Source: Candidatus Latescibacterota bacterium (GTDB lineage: Bacteria; Latescibacterota; UBA2968; GCA-2709665). Taken from it: a stretch of 64,000 nucleotides of DNA. This document shows, in pieces, positions 56,150 through 64,000 of this stretch; the stretch's first letter is position 1; every line of letters starts with the position of its first letter. Made by a program: the position numbers and the translations under genes. Below the pieces are notes generated by a model. The model was not told where the DNA came from, made no database searches, and was given only the letters and a program-made list of their open reading frames with translations. The stretch is from positions 2,016,001 to 2,080,000 of the forward strand of contig CBDDDZ010000005.1 of the NCBI GenBank assembly GCA_965226795.1, read 5' to 3'.

Positions 56150-57025
56150 TCATACCCGAACATCCGCGCCGGATTGCGATTGCAACAGCAGTGCAAACAG
56201 CCTGGCCAGCGTCTGCCGAATTTCGCTGCGAGGCACAATCATATCGACAAACCCGTGCTCCAGAACCTTTTCGGCGCGCTGGGCCCGACGGAGCGCTTCC
56301 AATTCCTCCTCGCCCACGGAACTGCCGGTAATCCGCTCTCCCGTAAAACCGATCAACGCATTGGGCTCCGCAATATTGATATCGCCGATAAGGGCGTAGC
56401 TGGCAGACACGCCGGCGGTAGTGGGATCGGTCAGAATGGAAATGAACAATAGACCCGCGTCTGCAAACCGCGACAGCCTGGCGTTGATTTTCGCCAGCTG
56501 CATCAGGGATAGCGCGCTCTCCTGCATCCGGGCTCCACCCGAGCGGCAGATCAGAATGAGGGGTAGCCGCTCCGTGATACAGCGATCTATCAGGCGGCAA
56601 AACCGCTCGCCCTCCGCCGAAGACAGCGTACCCATGATGAACGCCGGTTCGTGGATACCCACGCCGACGCGCCAACCCTCGATCTTACCGATGCCGACAC
56701 AAACCGCCGCATCCAGCCCGGTGGCTTTTCGACTCTCCCGGATCCGATCCGCATATCGCTTGCGATCCTCGAAATTCAGCGGATCGGCGGATTTAACCTC
56801 GGTGGCGATTTCCTCGAAAGAGCCGGCGTCCAGAATATGATCCAGATACTCTTTATAGCCGATCCTGAAATGTGCACCGCAATGGGGACATATCCCGAAC
56901 TCCTGCCGCACCTGCTTGCTGTAAAGCGTGTGATGGCAGCGTTCGCACTTGATCCATAGATTGTCGGGCATCGTCCGCCGGACCAGCGTTTGAATGCCCG
57001 ACTTCAACCGATCGAACCAATTCAC
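56150..57025 (-). CDS. accD: Acetyl-CoA carboxylase carboxyltransferase beta subunit
   Basis: Zinc finger WIKC..C / CPHC. Motifs SGGARMQE, DPTTAGVSAS, AEPNALIGF. Confidence 0.96.
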   Translation of the reverse strand: MNWFDRLKSGIQTLVRRTMPDNLWIKCERCHHTLYSKQVRQEFGICPHCGAHFRIGYKEYLDHILDAGSFEEIATEVKSADPLNFEDRKRYADRIRESRKATGLDAAVCVGIGKIEGWRVGVGIHEPAFIMGTLSSAEGERFCRLIDRCITERLPLILICRSGGARMQESALSLMQLAKINARLSRFADAGLLFISILTDPTTAGVSASYALIGDINIAEPNALIGFTGERITGSSVGEEELEALRRAQRAEKVLEHGFVDMIVPRSEIRQTLARLFALLLQSQSGADVRV

Positions 57026-57511
57026 GATTATGTTTCCTTTCAGACCAGTTTCATTCCTACGTTTCCGCGCCGTCGGAACCCGTTCGGGCGGAACGCGAAA
57101 TATACCCCCATGGGCAGCTTAAGACAAGAAAATTAATACATAGCAAGCAGTTAGACCGGTCGGTCGCACAGACTTGCGTTTCTTTCCGACCGAGGATGAT
57201 GGCCGATTAATCTGGAGAGACACCCCTCGCTTTTCGACCGGACATATAGATTTTCTATTGACTTGCTTTCATGAATCTTATAGTTTTCCTTCCGCGATTC
57301 ACTGATTGACGACGCTGAATGCCCGTCCTATGCCTTGTGTCGATTTTCAGTGTTTCGAGCACCGTTGCGGGCGATCGGAATCGAATCTTTCCCGATCGTG
57401 GAATCGGCATTCCGAATGCCTGAACACCCTGGCGGAGGCGGGACGTCCAGGTGACCCCTGATTGCTTTCGCTTCCGGAAAGAGCCATCCTCACCGAATTG
57501 GAAACCATTTC

Positions 57512-58396
57512 GTGCTTACCGAAAGCCTGAAGGTTTTTTGTGACCTTATAGAAACCCAGAGCTTTTCCAAAACCGCCCTGCTCAACGACGTCAGCCAATC
57601 GGCTGTCAGCCAGCAACTCAAGAGCATCGAAGAACGACATGAGCGTCAGCTGGTACAGCGGGAGAAGAGACGGCTTTCCCTTACGGCGGAAGGTGAAATC
57701 TTCTACGGCTATGCACGGGAGATCGTCCGCCGATACGACGAAATGCAACACCGTATACAGGCACTGAGCGGCGAGGTTTCCGGTACCGTTCGACTTTCCG
57801 CCATCTACAGCGTGGGCATGATGGAACTGGCCCCGTTTCTGAAGAACTATATCAAGTCCCATCCAAGAGTCAATCTGCGATTGTCTTATACGCAGGCGAA
57901 AAACATCTACGACGACGTCGCAAGCGGCCAGATCGACCTCGGGGTTGTTGCCTTTCCCCGCTCTCAACGAAATGTGGACGCCGTCCCGTTCGTGGAAGAT
58001 CCGATGGTGGTGATCTGCTCAGTATCCAACCCGCTCAGCATGCAACCAACCGTCAGTCCGGGTGAACTGGGCGAACATCCACTTATCCTATTCACCCGTG
58101 AAGCTCCCACCCGGACGGCCATCGACCGTTATTTCCGGAAACACGGCGTGACCCTCCGCTCGGCCATGGAACTGGACCACATAGCTACCTTGATTCATGC
58201 CGTCGAAGTCGATATCGGAATTTCCCTCGTGCCTTCATCGGCAATGAGACAGGGACGATTCAAAGACACCCTCAAGGTGCTTCCACTCCGTGGCAAACCA
58301 TTGATACGACCTCTGGGCGTCCTGCTACGCAAAGGACGCAGTTTTTCCATGGCCACACAGAAATTGTTCGAAACGTTGACCCGCAACAACCGGTAA
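57512..58396 (+). CDS. LysR family transcriptional regulator
   Basis: HTH SFSKTA..SQSAVSQQLKSIE and LTAEG, followed by a substrate-binding domain. Confidence 0.95.
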   Translation: MLTESLKVFCDLIETQSFSKTALLNDVSQSAVSQQLKSIEERHERQLVQREKRRLSLTAEGEIFYGYAREIVRRYDEMQHRIQALSGEVSGTVRLSAIYSVGMMELAPFLKNYIKSHPRVNLRLSYTQAKNIYDDVASGQIDLGVVAFPRSQRNVDAVPFVEDPMVVICSVSNPLSMQPTVSPGELGEHPLILFTREAPTRTAIDRYFRKHGVTLRSAMELDHIATLIHAVEVDIGISLVPSSAMRQGRFKDTLKVLPLRGKPLIRPLGVLLRKGRSFSMATQKLFETLTRNNR

Positions 58397-58468
58397 GCTG
58401 CCGAAAAGACGCCAGCCGATTCGGAGACCTCAAACTTCAATCACCTCCTCCCGTGGAAGAGGTTCGTC

Positions 58469-59083
58469 ATGAGTGAGTCGTTCGAGTTGCCTCTTTTTCC
58501 GCTGGAGCTAGTCCTTTTTCCCTTCCAGCAGATTCCTCTTCATATCTTCGAAGGACGATATCGGCAAATGATCAAACTTTGCATGGATACGAAGGTGGAG
58601 TTCGGCATCGTGTGCGGCACAGACGACGACTTTTGCGATACCGGGTGCGCCGCGACCGTTAGCAGACTGGTTACCCGGTTTCCGGACGGACGTATGAACA
58701 TCCTGGTTCGGGGCACCAGGCGTTTCCGGGCGATGAAACGCCTGGATGTCCACCCGTATATATCAGGAATCGTGGAGGAAGTTGAAGATGCCACGGAAAC
58801 CCCGGACACCGAACTCGCCGACCGGGCCCTTACCCTCTACCAGGACGCGGTCAAACTCTCGCTGGGCTGGCTTCACTGGAGACGGGAGTCGACCTGCCCT
58901 CCCTCGGAGCTGTCCTATACCATCGCCGCCAGCCTCAACCTGACGCTCTCTCAAAAGCAGGCATTCCTGGAAACGACATCCGTGAACCGGCGCCTGCAAT
59001 CCGTATCCGATACCCTCGAAAACGCACTGAAGACCGTACGTGAAATAAAGCGAAGAACCCGCGGCAACGGCCACATGGCGTAG
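58469..59083 (+). CDS. LON peptidase substrate-binding domain protein
   Basis: Motifs LPLFPL..VLFP, LHIFEGRY, DGRMNILVRG. Confidence 0.92.
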   Translation: MSESFELPLFPLELVLFPFQQIPLHIFEGRYRQMIKLCMDTKVEFGIVCGTDDDFCDTGCAATVSRLVTRFPDGRMNILVRGTRRFRAMKRLDVHPYISGIVEEVEDATETPDTELADRALTLYQDAVKLSLGWLHWRRESTCPPSELSYTIAASLNLTLSQKQAFLETTSVNRRLQSVSDTLENALKTVREIKRRTRGNGHMA

Positions 59084-59097
59084 CATAAGGAGCCCGT

Positions 59098-59658
59098 ATG
59101 TCCCTACCGAGCCGGGATGAAGCCTTTCAACTTTTGTGCGAACACACCAGAAATCCGAATCTTATCAAGCACATGCTGGCCGTCGAAGCGGCGATGCGGG
59201 CCTACGCGCGCAGATTCGGGCAGGATGAGGATCTGTGGGGCATTACAGGGCTGCTGCATGACTTCGACTACGAGAAACATCCCAAACCCGAAGAGCACCC
59301 GATGGTTGGCGTTCGCATCCTCACGGAAAAAGGGTATCCCCCGGACATCATCCACGCCATAAAATCCCACGCCACCTATCTGGACGTGCCCAGAGACAGC
59401 CTCCTCGACAAGGCCCTGTTCGCCGTGGACGAACTCACCGGGTTTATCGTGGCCGTTACGCTCATGCAACCTTCCAGGAGGTTGGAGGAACTGAAGACCT
59501 CTTCTGTACGCAGGAAGATGAAACAGAAGGGTTTCGCGCGGGCGGTCAGCCGGGAGGACATCCACACGGGGGCATCGGAACTCGGTGTGGATCCGGACGA
59601 ACACATTGCATTCGTGCGAGATGCAATGGCCGGCATCGCTCAGGAACTGGACCTTTAG
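59098..59658 (+). CDS. HD/HDIG domain protein
   Basis: Motifs KHMLAVE, GLLHDFDYE, DELTG, FARAVSREDI. Confidence 0.92.
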   Translation: MSLPSRDEAFQLLCEHTRNPNLIKHMLAVEAAMRAYARRFGQDEDLWGITGLLHDFDYEKHPKPEEHPMVGVRILTEKGYPPDIIHAIKSHATYLDVPRDSLLDKALFAVDELTGFIVAVTLMQPSRRLEELKTSSVRRKMKQKGFARAVSREDIHTGASELGVDPDEHIAFVRDAMAGIAQELDL

Positions 59659-59750
59659 AAGCTGTCTTAAAACCCCCAGCGGTCTTCACGCGGGCGCCGC
59701 CGGGCATCCCTGGCGGGCCGGCGCCGCGCATAAATACCGGTCGCCTCACC

Positions 59751-62700
59751 CTACGGCTTCAACACGTACAGCACGCCGTCTTCGGACGCCGCCGCAATTT
59801 CCGGAATGCCGTCACCGTCCACGTCCGCGGCGGCCATTGTCAGCAACGCGCCACCGGTCTTGAAACGCGCCACCGTCCGTCCATCTCCGTTGGCGAGCAG
59901 GTACACCGTACCGTCCTCCGTTCCCGCCGCCACTTCGGGTTTGCCGTCGCCGTCAAAATCACCCACAGAAATACAACGTACGACCTCCCCGAGATCGGCT
60001 CGCCAGACCTGCGTACGTCCGTCGCCCTTTATCACGTACACGTTGAAGCTCATCGAAGACGCCACGACCTCGTCCAACCCGTCTCCATCCATATCGGCCG
60101 TCACGACCTGAGTGACCTCATCTCCAGTGTTGAACTGCCAGAGGAGCTTGCCGTCTGCGCTCAGGGTGTGGATATGCGTATCTGCCCCCGCGAAGACGAC
60201 TTCCTTCATACCGTCTCCGTCCACGTCGCCCGCCGCGGTGGAATTGGTCCGGGGTCCCGTCCTCGGATGGTAGGACCACCGGATCTCCCCGCTGCCGTCG
60301 ATACAGTGCCATCGGTGATATTCGGTCCCGGCAATCACCTCGTCTCTGCCATCCCCGTCGATGTCCGCCGCGCAGCCCTGGGTGGATGAGTGCACCGTCA
60401 TCTGATACCACAAGAGTCTACCTTCGTGGGTGAACGCGTAGTAACGCCACGACTCCGCTCCGGCGATCACCTCCAGCTTGCCGTCCCCGTCGATATCGCC
60501 GGTGAATACCGTCTTCAACATCGGCGTACGATAGTACAGTGGAATTTCATAGTCCCATATCACCTTTCCCCTTGCACTGAGCACGTAAACCTTCGTATCG
60601 GCAGAGCCGGCAATCACCCGCGTCCTGCCGTCGCACGCCAGGTCCGCCGCCCACACGGAGCGCACCTCGCCTCCTGTCCGGAACCGCCACAGCGCCTCAC
60701 CGTCGCGCAGCGCGCAAACCGATGCGCCCCGGCCGCCCGCCACTACAACATCCGACCCATCCGGCAGCAGTTCCGCCCCGTATAACGAAAGAAACGGCCC
60801 CTCCTCCCGGAACGTCCACATCTCCTTCAACTGACCGACACGACCCCGCCTGGGTTGGATCAACGCCGGTTGCACCACACTCGGACGCACCGTTCGGGAT
60901 GCCGCCCGACGCAACGCCATCACGGAGTCCGGCACCAGGCAGAATCGATGTTCGCCCTTCGGCAACGTAAACGCGACCACGCCGTCGGAAACCGACGCGT
61001 CCACCGGTTTCCCATCCACGGTGACACCCGAACGACCATCCGACCGGAGACACAGCCGGGTGGCATTCCTGGCCATCGCCCGACCTTCACCCCGCACCAG
61101 ATCGTATTCCAAAGACACCGGCTGCTCCGACGTCAGTTCCACGCCGCACCACCGGACCCGTGTACCGTCCATGATCGCAAACCGGGACGGAGACACCAGA
61201 AACTGCACAGCGGCCACGGACGGGCCGTCTGGAATTTCGCTCAGGACATCGAATTCCCCCACGCCGGCGAAGACAACCTCCTCGCCTCCGTCGACCCGGA
61301 CAGCCCCGTCCGCCAGTTGCGTCAGCTTCAAGTTCCGTGTCTTCGGTTCCCCGCCGCAATAAAGCAGATTGAAAAAACGGTACGTCTCACGAGCCTTCAG
61401 ATGCACGTCCACGATCTGCTGCAGAATCCTCACGACCGGATCCGCATGCGGATAGCCCACCCAATTCTTCCCCGTTACGTCGTCATCCTCGAGTCTCAAA
61501 GACGGTCCCTTCAATCCCTGGATGTAAAACCGCTCCCCGTCCTGCTCTACCGCCAGTCCGCCGCCGCGTATGGCCACGTTGCCCAGCGTCTGCCATATCG
61601 CCCTGAATCCATAATCGTCGTCCGACAGCGCCTCCATCTCGTCAATGACGAGAAAAAATCGCCCCCGATTCCAGAGAATATTCCGGTGCCAATCCACCCC
61701 GCTGTAGTTGCGCAGTGTGGTCTCGGAAAAGCCCGACCTGTCGAAATCCGCCGCACGTTCGAGCTCGACAAACGGGGGAATCTCGGCAGACTGTCCATTT
61801 CTGAAAATCAGCACGCCGTTGTGAAACTTGGGAAGGGACTTGATATAGTCACAGTCGGCCAGCCAGATCCGCCGCCTCTGCGTTATCCGGGATATCGAAT
61901 TCCCGTCGTAATGTTTGTGACCGCCGTTGGAGAGCCCGTCCAGAAACAGATACTGCGACATAGGATCGTACCCGTCTCGAAACACCACCTTGTCGAAGGT
62001 CTTCTTCAACGGAAGATGGTCTTTCCCAAGGTTCGAATCGTAATAAAGCGGATCCACCGGGAACACCTGCGTCCCGTCCAGATCCGCCGGTTCCACGGGG
62101 GACACACGCCTGTGATATTCATACGCGGCAAATTGAGGTTCGACGGCTGTCTTCTTGTCCAGCATCCACTGATAGCGCTCATCCCCCAGCACAAAAACCG
62201 CCGCCCTCAGATAGGGCAATTCGCTCCACCAGCCGAACGGCGACGCATTGTCTCCATATGGAAGCGCATAACCCAGGTTGTCCGTTGTCAGAATGGAATA
62301 GTCCGCGGCCTTCCGTGCGCAACCATTCTCGAAAAACGTCATATCTCCGCTGGAAAGCGAATACCTGGCGAGATGATAGTGGGTCAGCCATTGGTACCCG
62401 CTGCAATCTTCGTGGGGCTTGAACGCCTTCGCCTGGAACCGGAAACACTCGTCGGACAGCTCAAGCCAGGCATCCGCCTCCGGCAACCCGTAATATTTCC
62501 GATAGTATGTGCCCGCGTAATGCAGCCCCAGCGCGGCGAACGTGGTGTGGTTGTGCCTGACATGGGGTATCTTCATATTGCCCACGTGTGGCACGCAATC
62601 GTTGATGAATTCAAACAGGATCCGGGTAATCTCCAGCCGGTCGTCCTCCGAAATTACCGGACTTTCCTCCACGAGATCCCAACCCGGTATCACCTTGTAA

Positions 62701-63449
62701 AGGGCGAAATCCGCGTCGAACCCCCAGATACCGCCGTAGTTGTCCGGGCCGGACATCGCGTGTTTGTACATCCGATAAACGAGGCGTTTGTAAAGCTCCG
62801 CGTAGGCGTCTTTTCCCGTCAGCCCGTACAACAACCCCCGTTCGCCAATCCGGCCCCAGAGGCCTGTGTGTTCGCCCCGGCGCAGCGCCTCCTCCGCGGC
62901 CTCCATCTCCGAATCGACGTCGGGCTCGTCTTCAAGTTTTGGAATCCTCAAAGCTTCCGGGCCGAAACGGACGTCGAAAAGCGGCCCGGTCGAAAGCGTC
63001 TTTTCACCATCCAACGTCTCCGTGAACCGGCCGACCGCCGCGCGGACGCCTTCCAGGTCGCTGCCGAACAGCCCCACGGCGTTCTTGCCGTTCCCCCACG
63101 GGTCGTGGATGGTCTGAACGAGATACCCCCCTCGCCCCGGATACACGTCATCCGCAGGGGTATAGTTGTATCCGTAGAGACGAAATACCACGCGGTTCGT
63201 ATTCACGTTCCCCAGCAGAAGCAGATGCCGGTCCGGAGGCGTTGTCGCGTCCGAATCCGTAATCATGGGGACGTTTGCGCCGGAGAGATCCCGAATCCGG
63301 GCCTGCAACTCGGAAGCCAATTCCCGGTAACGAGGATCCTCGGGACAGACGATTGCCGACACGGCTTCGCCGCGTTTCACCAGCATCGTGTCCGGGTAGC
63401 GTTTCTTGGGCCGCTTCGGTTTCCGAAGGGACTCTTTCTTGTCCGGCAT
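59751..63449 (-). CDS. Large protein: heparinase/lyase-like core plus C-terminal FG-GAP/PQQ-like propeller repeats
   Basis: ATG 63449 after AAAGGA. Motifs HNH, EDCSGYQW, PYGD, GHKHYDGNSI and repeated DxDGDGxxEV..G with LLW.F.T. Confidence 0.75.
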   Translation of the reverse strand: MPDKKESLRKPKRPKKRYPDTMLVKRGEAVSAIVCPEDPRYRELASELQARIRDLSGANVPMITDSDATTPPDRHLLLLGNVNTNRVVFRLYGYNYTPADDVYPGRGGYLVQTIHDPWGNGKNAVGLFGSDLEGVRAAVGRFTETLDGEKTLSTGPLFDVRFGPEALRIPKLEDEPDVDSEMEAAEEALRRGEHTGLWGRIGERGLLYGLTGKDAYAELYKRLVYRMYKHAMSGPDNYGGIWGFDADFALYKVIPGWDLVEESPVISEDDRLEITRILFEFINDCVPHVGNMKIPHVRHNHTTFAALGLHYAGTYYRKYYGLPEADAWLELSDECFRFQAKAFKPHEDCSGYQWLTHYHLARYSLSSGDMTFFENGCARKAADYSILTTDNLGYALPYGDNASPFGWWSELPYLRAAVFVLGDERYQWMLDKKTAVEPQFAAYEYHRRVSPVEPADLDGTQVFPVDPLYYDSNLGKDHLPLKKTFDKVVFRDGYDPMSQYLFLDGLSNGGHKHYDGNSISRITQRRRIWLADCDYIKSLPKFHNGVLIFRNGQSAEIPPFVELERAADFDRSGFSETTLRNYSGVDWHRNILWNRGRFFLVIDEMEALSDDDYGFRAIWQTLGNVAIRGGGLAVEQDGERFYIQGLKGPSLRLEDDDVTGKNWVGYPHADPVVRILQQIVDVHLKARETYRFFNLLYCGGEPKTRNLKLTQLADGAVRVDGGEEVVFAGVGEFDVLSEIPDGPSVAAVQFLVSPSRFAIMDGTRVRWCGVELTSEQPVSLEYDLVRGEGRAMARNATRLCLRSDGRSGVTVDGKPVDASVSDGVVAFTLPKGEHRFCLVPDSVMALRRAASRTVRPSVVQPALIQPRRGRVGQLKEMWTFREEGPFLSLYGAELLPDGSDVVVAGGRGASVCALRDGEALWRFRTGGEVRSVWAADLACDGRTRVIAGSADTKVYVLSARGKVIWDYEIPLYYRTPMLKTVFTGDIDGDGKLEVIAGAESWRYYAFTHEGRLLWYQMTVHSSTQGCAADIDGDGRDEVIAGTEYHRWHCIDGSGEIRWSYHPRTGPRTNSTAAGDVDGDGMKEVVFAGADTHIHTLSADGKLLWQFNTGDEVTQVVTADMDGDGLDEVVASSMSFNVYVIKGDGRTQVWRADLGEVVRCISVGDFDGDGKPEVAAGTEDGTVYLLANGDGRTVARFKTGGALLTMAAADVDGDGIPEIAAASEDGVLYVLKP

Positions 63450-63520
63450 GGGTTCGTCCTTTCGTATACACCATTTATGGATCAGCGCGCCGGATCTTCG
63501 AAGTCCGTCGCGAACAGGGC

Positions 63521-63731
63521 CTGGTGTTCTGTCCCTGAAACAGATTGCCGAAATTCGGCCGCCGAGTCGCGCGGCTCGCAGGCGCCTGAGGCGGGAACGC
63601 AGCGAGACGGGATGAACCGGCGGAGGCGCCTGAGCAAGACGACCTGCGCAAGGTCGGCGAGTGAAGGGAACGCAGCGAGACGGGATGAACCGGCGGATGA
63701 ATGGTGACATATTTCTGGGACGGGACACTAG
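63521..63731. mobile_element. MITE-like repeat copy 4 (most complete, about 210 bp)
   Basis: Imperfect TIRs ctggtgttctgtccctgaaaca / tatttctgggacgggacactag. Internal direct repeat gggaacgcagcgagacgggatgaaccggcgga occurs twice. Confidence 0.85.
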
Positions 63732-64000
63732 ATCTCCACGTATTTTTCAAACAGGAACAGTCCGATCAGCAAAAAGACCAGGCCGGCAAGAACCGTGTAC
63801 GCCATCAACGCCTCGCCCGTCGACAGATAACCCTGCAATGCGTCCACAAAGGAACCCGCCGCCGTCAGATAAATGACGATACATGAAACAAATGAAGCGG
63901 CCGCCGCGAGACCTCTGAGGCGCGCGGCCGTGTACTTGACGCCCTCCGTGGCTGTCACAACGCCAAGCGACAGTAACACATAAGAAGCGAAAAATCCCGC
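63728..64000 (-). CDS. Membrane protein C-terminus (partial, possibly a permease)
   Basis: Hydrophobic helices ending FLFEKYVEI*. The frame runs off the window. Confidence 0.6.
   Translation of the reverse strand, partial: AGFFASYVLLSLGVVTATEGVKYTAARLRGLAAAASFVSCIVIYLTAAGSFVDALQGYLSTGEALMAYTVLAGLVFLLIGLFLFEKYVEI

Noticed and set aside
59656..59680. IS-like terminal sequence gaagctgtcttaaaacccc
   Set aside because: Single occurrence, with no partner inverted repeat or transposase seen.
60855..63707. 950-aa plus-strand ORF
   Set aside because: Antisense shadow of the large minus-strand gene.
63450..63728. 93-aa N-terminal extension of the 1325-aa ORF
   Set aside because: It mostly translates the MITE. 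A good RBS-ATG exists at 63449.

Overview
GC-rich bacterial chromosomal window with about 50 CDS. No rRNA, tRNA, CRISPR array, integrase or reverse transcriptase was recognised. The flanks (1-27.2 kb and 44.2-64 kb) carry housekeeping and catabolic genes: dnaE2 plus SRAP, MATE, two paralogous ankyrin proteins, heparinase II/III-like proteins, rhaA, aroQ, accD, LysR and others. A dispersed CTAG-ended MITE-like repeat occurs in 4 copies. The centre (about 27.26-44.18 kb, all minus strand) is a defence island. It holds a type I R-M operon (hsdM, hsdS, hsdR) interleaved with toxin-antitoxin modules, a REP-associated tyrosine transposase (RAYT) and five GTAG REPs, two of which bracket hsdS. It ends in a lower-GC three-gene module: SPPY methyltransferase, MORC-type GHKL ATPase/histidine kinase hybrid, and a receiver-domain protein. 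HsdM is fused in frame to a PIN toxin domain. The spaces between the hsd genes are built from chimeric relics of diverged paralogues (two extra hsdS starts, an extra hsdM end, an extra hsdR start, and PIN, HicB and RAYT fragments), which suggests repeated cassette capture or exchange at this locus. All calls come from motif recognition by eye; no database searches were run.
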